A program made the position numbers and the translations under genes. Shown in pieces: positions 11,264 through 20,100 of a stretch of 64,000 nt of DNA; positions within the stretch are counted from its first letter, which is position 1, and the number at the start of each line of letters is the position of its first letter. Below the pieces are notes generated by a model. That model saw only the letters and a list, made by a program, of their open reading frames with translations. It made no database searches and was not told the DNA's origin. Source of the DNA: Geminicoccaceae bacterium. Lineage in GTDB: Bacteria > Pseudomonadota > Alphaproteobacteria > Geminicoccales > Geminicoccaceae. The stretch lies in the NCBI GenBank assembly GCA_965222015.1, contig CBDCTL010000010.1, positions 47,905 through 111,904 on the forward strand, in the 5' to 3' direction.

Positions 11264-11635
11264 ATGAACGTCCTCGTCGCCGAAGATGATCGCATGCTGC
11301 GATCCATCATGGTCGAATTCCTCGAGGATTTCGATTGTTCGGTTCATGCTGTGTCGAACGGCCAAGAGGCCGTCGCTGCCCTCCAGGAGTGCAGCTATGA
11401 CGCGGTCTTCATGGATTGTGAAATGCCGGTAATGGATGGTCTGACGGCCGCCAGAACGGTAATGGAAGAAGGTGGAGGCTCTGGCATGAAGGCGCCGCCG
11501 ATCATCGCGCTCACCGGACATACCGATCCTGATGACCATGTCCGATGCCTTGAAGCCGGCATGGTGGCGGTCCTCACGAAGCCAGTGAACATATCGGAAC
11601 TCGAAACGCTCCTCAATCGCTTTGCGAGTCTCTGA
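11264..11635 (+). CDS. Single-domain CheY-like response regulator
   Basis: MNVLVAEDD ... FMDCEMPVMDG ... VLTKP. AAGGAG at 11248-11253 is better spaced for ATG 11264 than for the ORF-track ATG 11255. Confidence 0.85.
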   Translation: MNVLVAEDDRMLRSIMVEFLEDFDCSVHAVSNGQEAVAALQECSYDAVFMDCEMPVMDGLTAARTVMEEGGGSGMKAPPIIALTGHTDPDDHVRCLEAGMVAVLTKPVNISELETLLNRFASL

Positions 11636-11964
11636 TTCTGCCCAGCTCATTGCAGCAGCAATCCTGACCGCGGTCCCCGGGCCGACGAAACGTCAACGCT
11701 TTCGACGACCTTGCGGCGTGCGAGATCTGGTCCCGTTTCACAACCTGTCGAAAGCGGAGTTCATTGCGCGGTCGTTCCCTTTCCGGGTGGAGCTCGCGCA
11801 ATCGCTTGCCAGAAGGCTTCAAGGGGAATGGCATTCCAAATCTTGAGTGCAGTGGGATCCGATCGACGTCGTCCGGGCATAGAGCGAGGCTAAGCTTGGA
11901 TCAAGAGTAGCCATCCGATGAGAGCCGCCCAACGATCTTGCGCAATCTGCTGCTGAGTGTGGCT

Positions 11965-12330
11965 ATGCCTATGGATAGTCACAGTGCCCAGACTTGCCGG
12001 CTGGAGGTCGTGGACACCGGTTGGCGTCGTCGCCGGAGCCTCGAGGAGAAGCTCCGGATTGTCGAGGAGAGCTACCGCGGTCATCGGCAGGTCCCGGCGA
12101 CAGCGCGGCGGCACGACATTTCGCGATCGCTTTTGTTCAGGTGGCGGAAGGCTTTCCGGGAAGGCCGTTTGGGTATGGCGCCGGACGAGCCCTCTTTGGT
12201 GCCGGCGATCATCACCCGGGATGATGACCCGGATGACGACGACGATAACAGCTACCCGGCGCCTGGCGGTCGGGTGATCGTCGACGCCGGCGCCCTGGCG
12301 CGGGTACTCAAGGTTCTGGACCGACGATGA
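11965..12330 (+). CDS. tnpA: IS66 accessory protein TnpA (orf1, HTH)
   Basis: RLEVVDTGWRRRRSLEEKLRIVEES...ARRHDISRSLLFRWRK matches the IS66 orf1 pattern. ATGA overlap with the next ORF at 12327. Confidence 0.75.
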   Translation: MPMDSHSAQTCRLEVVDTGWRRRRSLEEKLRIVEESYRGHRQVPATARRHDISRSLLFRWRKAFREGRLGMAPDEPSLVPAIITRDDDPDDDDDNSYPAPGGRVIVDAGALARVLKVLDRR

Positions 12331-13060
12331 TCCCGGTGCCGTCGGGCGTTCGCGCGTATCTGTCGACGGGTGTTGCCGCGGAGGCCAGGGTTTCGAGCAC
12401 CGATGCCCTGATCGCCTCGCTGAAGCTGCAGATCGAGAAGCTTCGGCGTGAGCTCCACGGCCAGCGTTCCGAGCGGAAGGCACGGCTTCTCGACCAGATG
12501 GAGCTCGAGCTGGAAGAGCTCGAGGCGAGCGCCACCGAAGACGAGCTCAAGGCGGAGATGGCGGCGGAGGAAGCTGGGACCGAGGTCAAGGCCTTCACGC
12601 GCAGGAAGCCGTCGGGAAAGCCTTTCCCGAGCATCTGCCGCGCGAACGGATGGTGCTCCCCGGTCCGACGTCCTGCGACTGCTGCGGATCGACGAGGCTT
12701 GCCAAGCTTGGCGAGGACGTCACCGGGACGCTCGAGGTCATCCCGCGGCAATGGAAGGTGATCCAGTATGTCCGGGAAAAATTCACCTGCCGGCATTGCG
12801 GGAGCATCTTCCAGCCGCCGGCACCTTTCATGTGATTCCGCGCGGTTTCGCCGGGCCGAGCCTCTTGGCCATGATCCTGTTCGAGAAATATGGCGTGCAT
12901 CAGCCGCCCAATCGCCAGAGCGAGCGCTACGCCAGGGAGGGTGTCGATCTCAGCCTGTCGACCCTGGCCGATCCGGTCGGCGCGTGCACGGTGGTGCTCA
13001 GGCCCTTGGTCGATCTGATCGAGGCGCATGTGCTCAAGGCTGATCGGCTGCATGCCGATG

Positions 13061-13138
13061 TCCCGGTCTGCAGGGGCGAAGCCCCGAAGATCCGGCATGG
13101 CGGGCCCGACCTTCGGCCTTCCAGGCCTGCAGGCGGGG
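13061..13138. repeat. MITE-like palindromic element, copy 1, inserted in tnpC
   Basis: A 78-bp block interrupts the conserved ...LHAD|DTPIRVLAKG region. It is flanked by ATG (13058-13060) and ATG (13139-13141). Termini are tcccggtctgcag ... ctgcaggcgggg. The 81-bp insertion keeps the reading frame. Confidence 0.7.
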
Positions 13139-13406
13139 ATGACACCCCGATCCGGGTGCTGGCCAAGGGGCAATGCAGAAAGGCGACAGCCTGGGCCCAT
13201 GTCCGAGACGATCGGCCGTTCGGCGGCCCCGATCCGCCGGCCGTGTTCTTTCGCTATTCGCGCAATCGCAAGGGCGAGCACCCGCCGCGCCATCTGGCGG
13301 ACTTCGCCGGCGTGCTGCAGGCTGACGCCTACAGCGGCTTCAACCCGCTGCTCGATCCCGAGCGTGCGCCGGGGCCGATTACACCGGCGCTGTGCTGGGC
13401 GCACAG

Positions 13407-13485
13407 ATCCCGGTCTGCAGCCGCATCGCGGCGAAGATCCGGCCTGCCATGCCCGACCTTCGGAGCTGCGCTCCTGCAGGCGGGG
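13407..13485. repeat. MITE-like palindromic element, copy 2, inserted in tnpC
   Basis: A 79-bp block interrupts CWAH|SRRQFF. It is flanked by CAG (13404-13406) and CAG (13486-13488). It has the same termini and central gaagatccggc...cccgaccttcgg core as copy 1. The 82-bp insertion shifts the frame. Confidence 0.7.
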
Positions 13486-14338
13486 CAGCCGCAGGCAATT
13501 TTTCGGGCTCGCCGATCTCAGGAAACAGGCTCGAAGCAGGAAACGGCTCGTGATCTCACCCATGGCGCTGGAGGCGGTCAAGCGGATCGACGTCCTGTTC
13601 GACATCGAGCGTGCGATCAACGGCCGGCCAGCCGGGGAGCGTCCGAGGATCGGAAAGGAAAAGAGCGCGCCCTTGATGACCGAACTCGAGGCCTGGATGC
13701 GCGAGGAGCGCGCCAAGCTCTCCAAGCATGCCGCCGTCGCCAAAGCGTTCGACTACATGCTGAGACGCTGGGATGGCTTCGCCCGCTTTCTCGAGGACGG
13801 CAGGATCCGCCTCACGAACAATTCGGCCGAACGGGCGCTCGGAGGTTTGGCCCTCGGAAGAAAGTCATGGCTATTCGCGGGATCCGACCGCGGCGGCGAC
13901 AGGGCCGCCGTCATGTACACCCTCATCGGGACGGCAAAATTGAACGACATCGATCCCCAGGCTTGGCTCGCCGACGTCCTCAAACGCATCGCCGAGCATC
14001 CCGCCCGAAGGCTCGATCAGTTGCTGCCGTGGTATTGGAAGGCAGAGCAGCTGCAAAAGGCTGCATAGACGCGTCCTTCACCGGATGATTACGGTAATGG
14101 CACTCCTTCCCCGGTAGCGCCCACCTTGGCTCGCGTCAGCAATGCGGCGGTTAACTCGCGTCGGAAGCCAGGACTGCCTGTAGTGTCGGGAGCTACCGGA
14201 AATAGTGGGCGCTGGGAGATCTTCCTGCTTAATGATGGTAACCCACTTCGGTAGTCAGTGATCCTGATCTGCGCAATGTCTGGGGCCTCGGCCCGGCAGA
14301 AACGGACATCATCGTAGAATTCGGCTAGTCTTAAGGGC

Positions 14339-14836
14339 ATGAAGGTCATTCGTGACTTTGACATCGCTGAGTTGGATAACCAGTCACCGCACCTGCCCGT
14401 GGTGGCCAAGTGGCTCAATGATGCGTGGGGGAAATCACAAGGGTATGACCTTTCCGATACCCTCTTCTGGTGTAACCAAATAGTTGGCGCGAAGAACCAA
14501 ACCATCATTATCGCATTATCGAATGGCCGACCCGTGGGCACCGTTTCAGTTGTCGAGTGCGACTTGGAGGGCCGGCGGGACCTTACGCCGTGGTTGTCGA
14601 GTTTGTTTGTTCCGTCACATGAGCGCGGGAAAATGATTGGCCAAACGCTTATCGAAGCGGCATGCGATTGGACGCGGCAAAAACGCCTCTCTAATCTCTA
14701 TCTCTATGTTCGGCGGGGTCGCCTCACGGAATACTATTGTCGGTTGGGATGGTTGCGCATGGGCGCTTTCGATCTTGGAGGTGACGCATTTGAACTCATG
14801 CAAATGGTATTGAAAAATCCCGTTGATGAGGCTTGA
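14339..14836 (+). CDS. GNAT-family N-acetyltransferase
   Basis: 165 aa. Acetyl-CoA-binding-type motif SHERGKMIGQTLIEAA followed by LYLYV...YYCRLGW. The region has visibly lower GC than its surroundings. Confidence 0.75.
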   Translation: MKVIRDFDIAELDNQSPHLPVVAKWLNDAWGKSQGYDLSDTLFWCNQIVGAKNQTIIIALSNGRPVGTVSVVECDLEGRRDLTPWLSSLFVPSHERGKMIGQTLIEAACDWTRQKRLSNLYLYVRRGRLTEYYCRLGWLRMGAFDLGGDAFELMQMVLKNPVDEA

Positions 14837-15122
14837 GCTGGCAAAGCCGCTTGGTAATGATTCGGCGAGGATGAATGAGGTTTAACGTCCGTTCCTGTGC
14901 ACCAACCTGAAGTCGCGTTCGTTTCCGCTTATCGGCGTCAAGCGGCAGCTGGTTCCCTTTCCAACAAGAGGGCGAAACGTCCTGACGCGGTGAGGCTTCG
15001 AGCGGACCAGGTCGGGGTATGCAAGGACGACTGCGGCGTCCCGCCGCTTGCCATCCATCGCCGGCCATGGTGCATGTCGGTCGGGAACGTCCACCCGATC
15101 GCCGCCTGCCCGAGGCAAGCCT

Positions 15123-16337
15123 ATGGCCATCACGCTTGACGACATTCGCGACGCGGCCTCGCGTTTGAAGGGGCAGATCGCGCTGACCCCCTGCCTGCGC
15201 TCGGAAACGCTGTCGCTGCTGACCGGCTGCGACCTGTTCCTAAAGTTCGAAAACCTGCAGTTCACCTCGTCCTTCAAGGAGCGCGGCGCGCTCAACTGTC
15301 TGCTGCAGATGAGCGCGGCGGAGACGGCGCGCGGCGTGATCGCCATGTCGGCGGGCAACCACGCTCAGGCGCTCGCTTATCATGGCAAGCGGCTCGGCGT
15401 GCCGACCACCATCGTCATGCCGCGCTCGACGCCGAACGCCAAGGTCGAGCAGACGAGGGTGCACGGCGCGGACGTGCTGCTGTACGGCAATCAGTTCGAC
15501 GAGACCCGCGCCTTTACCGAAAAGCTCGCGGCCGAGCGCGGCCTCACCCTCGTCCATCCCTTCGACGATCCGCGCGTGATCGCAGGCCAGGGCACCGTCG
15601 GCCTCGAGATCGTGGACAGCGTTTCGGACATCGATGCGGTCGTCGTGCCGGTCGGCGGCGGCGGGCTGATCGGCGGCATGGCCGTTGCGATTAAGGGAGC
15701 TGCCGCCGACGTCGAGGTGATCGGCGTGCAGGCGGAACGCTACGCCTCGGTGGTCGACGCCTATGATGGGCGTTCCGCAGTCGACGCTCGACCCGGGACC
15801 GTGGCCGAGGGCATCGCGGTGAAGTCGCCGGGCGGTCTGACCCTGCCGCTGATCAAAAAACATGTCGATCGCATGATCGCGGTCGGCGAGGAGCGGATCG
15901 AGCAGGCGGTGTTCGATCTTCTGGAAATCGAAAAAACCGTGGTCGAAGGGGCCGGCGCTGCCTCCCTCGCCGCCGTTCGCGCAGAGCCCGAACCGTTCCG
16001 GGGCAGGCGCGTCGTCCTCGTCCTGTCCGGCGGCAATATCGACATGATGATCCTGTCCTCGATCCTGCAGCGCGGCATGGTGAGGACCCGCCGGCTGGTC
16101 AGGCTCGGCGTCGAGCTGAGCGATGTGCCGGGCGCGCTCGCCGAACTCACCCGCGTGCTCGGCGAGCTCGACAGCAACATCGTCGACATCGAGCACCAGC
16201 GTGCCTTCGGCGGCTCCTCGGTGCGCTCGACCCTGGTCAGCCTGGTCCTCCAGATGCGCGGCGAGGAACAGATCGACCGCGTGGTCGCCGCCCTCACCGA
16301 ACAGGGCTACGAGGTGCGGCTGGACGACTGCCGGTGA
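15123..16337 (+). CDS. ilvA: Threonine ammonia-lyase (threonine dehydratase), single regulatory domain type
   Basis: MAITLDDIRDAASRLKG...FTSSFKERGALN (PLP-lysine motif), GNHAQ, and a C-terminal ACT-like region. ATG 15123 is preferred over the ORF-track start at 15048. Confidence 0.88.
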   Translation: MAITLDDIRDAASRLKGQIALTPCLRSETLSLLTGCDLFLKFENLQFTSSFKERGALNCLLQMSAAETARGVIAMSAGNHAQALAYHGKRLGVPTTIVMPRSTPNAKVEQTRVHGADVLLYGNQFDETRAFTEKLAAERGLTLVHPFDDPRVIAGQGTVGLEIVDSVSDIDAVVVPVGGGGLIGGMAVAIKGAAADVEVIGVQAERYASVVDAYDGRSAVDARPGTVAEGIAVKSPGGLTLPLIKKHVDRMIAVGEERIEQAVFDLLEIEKTVVEGAGAASLAAVRAEPEPFRGRRVVLVLSGGNIDMMILSSILQRGMVRTRRLVRLGVELSDVPGALAELTRVLGELDSNIVDIEHQRAFGGSSVRSTLVSLVLQMRGEEQIDRVVAALTEQGYEVRLDDCR

Positions 16338-16503
16338 GCCCCGGCGGAGTCATGCCATCACAAGAATGGCCTGCGCACCCGAGTATCGAGCCATCCGAAC
16401 TCGGTCATCACAGCATCTGATCCGCGTTCCACCCGAACAGATCCCCCGTCCGAGAACCAGGGCGCAAACCATCGCCTCTGGCACCCAAGGTCCAAGTCCA
16501 TGA

Positions 16504-16653
16504 GGTGGTCTACGCCACCTTGGAGAGGGGAAGCCCAAGGCGGCTGAACGAAACGTTGACGGACTTTGGCGACACATCGGAAAACTCCTCGACCAATTCT
16601 CAGCCGACGAGTGCCAAAACTATCTCAAGAAGGCCGGATATGAACCAACCTGA
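16504..16653 (+). pseudogene. C-terminal remnant of an IS630-family transposase
   Basis: The frame reads ...KAAERNVDGLWRHIGKLLDQFSADECQNYLKKAGYEPT*, the characteristic IS630-family tail. It is preceded by an in-frame stop at 16501, and I recognise no upstream DDE region. Confidence 0.55.
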
Positions 16654-16678
16654 TCTGACGGTGCTCTAGCCGGGCGTT

Positions 16679-16704
16679 CCGGGGCTGCGGCAGGGCAGCC
16701 CCGG
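16679..16704 (-). terminator. GC-rich hairpin just downstream of the minus-strand symporter gene
   Basis: ccggggctg / cagccccgg form a 9-bp stem with an 8-nt loop, 11 nt beyond the stop at 16715. No U-tract, so terminator function is uncertain. Confidence 0.3.
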
Positions 16705-16714
16705 AGCCCCGTTC

Positions 16715-18151
16715 TCAATCGGCCGTGGTGGCCTTGCCGGTCCAGGCGGTGCGGTCGATGTCGAGATCCTGGAACTTGTCGGGATCGAGGATCGGATGAT
16801 CGACCCCGGCCTTCAGCTGCGCGCGAAAATCGTTGAGGATGCGTAGGGCCGTCGGGAACAGCATCATCAGCGCCAGCAGGTTCACGACCGCGAGGATGCC
16901 CATCATCGGATCGGAGAAGAAGAACACCGACGTCGCGCCGGGCGCCGTCGCGCCGAGCAGCACGATGCCCATGACCACGACCCGCAGCACATGCAGCGAG
17001 GCCGGATGCTCGGTCATGAAGGAAAGGGCATTCTCGCCGAGATAGTAGTTGTAGATGATCGAGCTGAAGGCGAATAGCAGGATCGCGAAGGTCAGGAAAT
17101 ACTGCGCCCAGTCGCCGACATGGGAGACCAGCGACTGCTGGGTCAGAACGATGCCGTCGACCCCTTCGGCGCCGGGGGTGTAGACGCTGCCGAGCAGGAT
17201 GACGAGGGCGGTGCAGGTGCAGATGATCATGGTGTCGATGAACACCGAGAGAGACTGCGTGATGCCCTGGCTGATCGGATGACCGACATCCGCGGTCGCC
17301 GCCACGTTGGGGGCCGAGCCGAGTCCCGCCTCGTTCGAGAACAGGCCGCGCCGAAGCCCCTGCGCGAGTGCGGCACCCATGCCGCCGCCGACCGCTTCCT
17401 CCCAGCCGAAGGCGTTGGCGACGATCGAATAGAGCACGCCCGGAATGCTGCCGATATTGATCAGGATGATCACCAGCGCCATGGCGATGTAGCCGAACGC
17501 CATCACCGGCACGACCACGTCGGCGACCTTGGCGATACGGTGGATGCCACCATAGACGATGAAGCCGGTGACCACCGTCAGCAGAAGGCCGGTCCAGATG
17601 CGGTCGATGCCGAGACTGTCCTGGGCGGCGCCGGCCACCGTGTTGCCCTGGAAGGCGTTGAAGCCGATGGCGAAGGCGGCGATCAGACAGACCGCGTAGA
17701 CGATGGCGAGCCAGCGATAGTCTTCACCGAGCCCGTGGATGATCGAGCGCGCGGGCCCGCCGCGATAGGTGCCGTCACCCTCTGAGCGTTTGTAGAGCTG
17801 CGCCAGAGAGCACTCGACGAGGCTGGTCGCCATGCCGACCAGCGCGATCGCCCACATCCAGAAGACCGCACCCGGCCCGCCCAGGGTGATCGCCACCGCC
17901 ACGCCCGCGATGTTGCCGCCGCCGACGCGGCCGCCGACCGAAACAAGGAGGGCTTCACGTCCTGAAATGGCGTTCGGATCGGTCGACTGATGTTTGCCCG
18001 AAAGCACTCGAAACATGCGCCCGAAGAACCGGAACTGCACGAAGCCGCTGACGATGGTGAAGAACAGGCCCAGGACGACCAGGAAGGGGATCAGCGCCCA
18101 CCCCCAGGTCAAATCGCCGATCACGCCAAAAAAGGTCTCGAGAAACCCCAT
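16715..18151 (-). CDS. Alanine/glycine:cation symporter (AGCS) family protein
   Basis: 478 aa, polytopic. GFVQFRFFGRMFRVL, GGRVGGGNIAGVAVAITLGGPGAVFWMW and RGLFSNEAGLGSAP are hallmark AGCS motifs. Confidence 0.9.
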   Translation of the reverse strand: MGFLETFFGVIGDLTWGWALIPFLVVLGLFFTIVSGFVQFRFFGRMFRVLSGKHQSTDPNAISGREALLVSVGGRVGGGNIAGVAVAITLGGPGAVFWMWAIALVGMATSLVECSLAQLYKRSEGDGTYRGGPARSIIHGLGEDYRWLAIVYAVCLIAAFAIGFNAFQGNTVAGAAQDSLGIDRIWTGLLLTVVTGFIVYGGIHRIAKVADVVVPVMAFGYIAMALVIILINIGSIPGVLYSIVANAFGWEEAVGGGMGAALAQGLRRGLFSNEAGLGSAPNVAATADVGHPISQGITQSLSVFIDTMIICTCTALVILLGSVYTPGAEGVDGIVLTQQSLVSHVGDWAQYFLTFAILLFAFSSIIYNYYLGENALSFMTEHPASLHVLRVVVMGIVLLGATAPGATSVFFFSDPMMGILAVVNLLALMMLFPTALRILNDFRAQLKAGVDHPILDPDKFQDLDIDRTAWTGKATTAD

Positions 18152-18327
18152 CTTCCGAACCTCCCCGTTTCAAGCCTTCGGCTTTCGTTTCGTCACCGTC
18201 GATGGTGCGCAAATTCATGATACACGGTTGTCGAGTATTTTTCGAGCGATGTCAGAGAGTTGTCGGCGAGGGGGCATTTCGTCGCGATCGCATCGCCGGG
18301 CCTGGCTTGCATTGAAGAGCGCGCCGC

Positions 18328-19260
18328 TCACTCCTCGCCGAAGATCGACCATCCGGTGCGCGTAGCGAACTCCTTCATCGCGAGCGTGCCCAGGCGCGAG
18401 TTGCCGATCGCGTTGAGACCCGGCGACCATGCGGCGATCGAGGCGATGCCGGGAGCGATCGCGAGAATGCCGCCGCCGACGCCGCTCTTGCCGGGCAGCC
18501 CCACCTCGAAGGCGAAATCGCCCGATCCGTCGTAATGGCCGCAGGTCAGCATCAGCGCGTTGATGCGGCGCGCGCGCAGGCTCGGGATGATTTCCGGGCC
18601 CTCGGGATCCGATCGTCCGCCGAAGGCGAACATGCGCCCGGCGCGTGCCAGCTGCCGGCAGGTCATGGCGATCGCGCACTGACGGAAATAGAGCTCCAGC
18701 GTTCTATCGGGCGGGTGTTCGACATTGCCGGAGGCGCGCATGAAGTTGGCGAGTGCCGCGTTGCGAAAGCCGGTCCGCTGTTCCGACGCGGCGACGTCCG
18801 CATCGACATGGATGTCCTCGTCGCCCGCCGCCTCCCGGACGAAGCGCAGAATTTCGCTCGTCGCATCCTTGACCGGGCGTCCGGCCAGAAGCACGTCGGC
18901 GACCACGATCGCTCCGGCGTTGATCAGCGGGTTGCGCGGAATGCCGTGATCGGCCTCCAGCTGCACGATCGAGTTGAAGGGGTCGCCCGAGGGCTCGCGT
19001 CCGACCCTTTTCCAGAGAGCCTCGCCCAGCCTGCCCAGCGCCAGGCTCAGCGTGAACACCTTGGAGATGCTCTGGATCGAGAACGGCATGTCGGCATCGC
19101 CGGCGGCGACCACCCGACCGTCCGCCAAGGTGATCGCCATGCCGAAACGGTTCGGATCGACTTTCGCCAGCTCCGGGATGTAACCCGCGACACGGCCTCG
19201 CTCGGCTTCCCGAGACATCCGCTCGACGATCGAGGACAAGAGGCCTTCATAGTCATCCAT
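18328..19260 (-). CDS. glsA: Glutaminase A
   Basis: 310 aa. [43 protein letters not shown] and [14 protein letters not shown] are glutaminase signatures. Confidence 0.9.
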   Translation of the reverse strand: MDDYEGLLSSIVERMSREAERGRVAGYIPELAKVDPNRFGMAITLADGRVVAAGDADMPFSIQSISKVFTLSLALGRLGEALWKRVGREPSGDPFNSIVQLEADHGIPRNPLINAGAIVVADVLLAGRPVKDATSEILRFVREAAGDEDIHVDADVAASEQRTGFRNAALANFMRASGNVEHPPDRTLELYFRQCAIAMTCRQLARAGRMFAFGGRSDPEGPEIIPSLRARRINALMLTCGHYDGSGDFAFEVGLPGKSGVGGGILAIAPGIASIAAWSPGLNAIGNSRLGTLAMKEFATRTGWSIFGEE

Positions 19261-19301
19261 GTTTCGTCACGATCTCCTCTGCCGGCCGAAGACGTGCTGC
19301 G

Positions 19302-19937
19302 TCAACCATGCGACGACGACACCCAGAGGACGAGCGCGTCGTCGCTACTGGTCGAGACGCAGGCATGGCCCATGCCGCCGTCATAGTAGACCGAATCACC
19401 GACCGTCAGCGCGAGCGGGCGGTAGTATTCGGTATGGAGTTCGACCGCACCTTCGAGCACCAGAAGAAACTCCTCGCCGTCATGGCGGATCCAGTCGTCG
19501 AAATCGTCGACGCTGCGCGCTTTGATGCGGCTGAGATAGGGCAGCATCTTCTTGTCCACCATCTCCGCGCACAAAAGCTCGTGCTCGTAGGTCGGCGTCG
19601 AGCGTTTCTGTCCGTCTCCCTTGCGGGTGACGTCGCGCCGTCCGCGAAGACCGTTGCCGCCAGCGGGCAGGAAAAGCTGCGGCAGGCCGAGCTCGAGCCT
19701 CGCGGCCAGCTTCTGCACGATCTCGAATCCGGGCGAGGTCTGGCCATTTTCGATTTTCGAGAGGGTCGAACGGCCGACGCCGGTTTCGGCCGCCGTGGTC
19801 TCCAGGGTCCAGCCCTTGCGCTGTCTCGCTTCGCGCAGGGCGGCGCCGAGCTGAAAGGCCGGGCGCTGCTCCGGTCCCGCTCCGTTCGTGTCCTCGGCTT
19901 CCGGCACCGACCTGCTCTCGCTCATCCGGCTTTCCAT
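19302..19937 (-). CDS. XRE-family HTH regulator with C-terminal cupin domain
   Basis: LREARQRKGWTLETTAAETGVGRSTLSKIENGQTSP (HTH_3), followed by a cupin-like C-terminus (GEEFLLVLEG...GDSVYYDGGMGH). Confidence 0.85.
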   Translation of the reverse strand: MESRMSESRSVPEAEDTNGAGPEQRPAFQLGAALREARQRKGWTLETTAAETGVGRSTLSKIENGQTSPGFEIVQKLAARLELGLPQLFLPAGGNGLRGRRDVTRKGDGQKRSTPTYEHELLCAEMVDKKMLPYLSRIKARSVDDFDDWIRHDGEEFLLVLEGAVELHTEYYRPLALTVGDSVYYDGGMGHACVSTSSDDALVLWVSSSHG

Positions 19938-20003
19938 CCGATGTCATCCCATGGCCAGGACAAGTTCTCCCCGATCGAACAGAATTCCGCAAGAGAAAAA
20001 TAA

Positions 20004-20019
20004 TTCCCTTATAAGGAAA
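20004..20019. promoter_or_regulatory. Palindromic operator candidate in the XRE-cupin/glyA divergent region
   Basis: ttcCCTTATAAGGaaa contains the perfect 10-bp palindrome CCTTATAAGG (20007-20016) inside an AT-rich patch. A TTGACT -35-like hexamer lies 10 nt downstream. Confidence 0.3.
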
Positions 20020-20057
20020 TAAATGTTGACTTTAGGGGAAATAGGGCCGATACAGGA

Positions 20058-20074
20058 ATCATGACGGTCATGAT
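20058..20074. promoter_or_regulatory. Inverted repeat just upstream of the glyA RBS (operator or weak attenuator hairpin)
   Basis: ATCATGAC-g-GTCATGAT has 8-bp arms and is followed by gccgttttt and the GGGGGA RBS of glyA (ATG 20101). Confidence 0.3.
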
Positions 20075-20100
20075 GCCGTTTTTCGGGGGAGCGAAATTCG

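Larger units (their letters stand above)
12327..14068 (+). pseudogene. IS66 tnpB-start fused to frameshifted tnpC transposase
   Basis: MIPVPSGVRAYLSTG (TnpB N-terminus) runs directly into the TnpC segment LIASLKLQIEKLRRELHGQRSERKARLL. TnpC signatures (CDCCGSTRLAKLGEDVT, LLAMILFEKYG, RDDRPFGG, LQADAYSGF, CWAH, LEAVKRIDVLFDIER, RWDGFARFLEDGRI, GRKSWLFAGSDRGG) are spread over three frames. Frame changes occur near 12620, 12829 and 13406. Confidence 0.85.
11907..14092 (+). mobile_element. Degenerate IS66-family insertion sequence
   Basis: Imperfect terminal inverted repeats: gtagccatccgatgagag at 11907, and the reverse complement of 14075-14092, gtaatcatccggtgaagg. Contains tnpA, a tnpB start and a disrupted tnpC. 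No 8-bp target duplication (flanks gatcaaga and ggtaatgg). Confidence 0.8.

Noticed and set aside
14089-14541. A 150-aa minus-strand ORF between IS66 and the GNAT gene.
   Set aside because: Its 5' part is antisense to the GNAT gene, which has recognisable acetyltransferase motifs, and I recognise no domain in it. The 14093-14338 portion could be a fragment of a gene truncated by the IS, but I cannot support that.
20002-20015. Shared AATTCC(C)TTATAAG motif at 20002-20015 and 49580-49592, a possible common operator linking the XRE-cupin regulator to the HEPN islet.
   Set aside because: This was noticed post hoc as a single near-match between two AT-rich patches and is plausibly chance. There is no supporting second half-site architecture at 49580.
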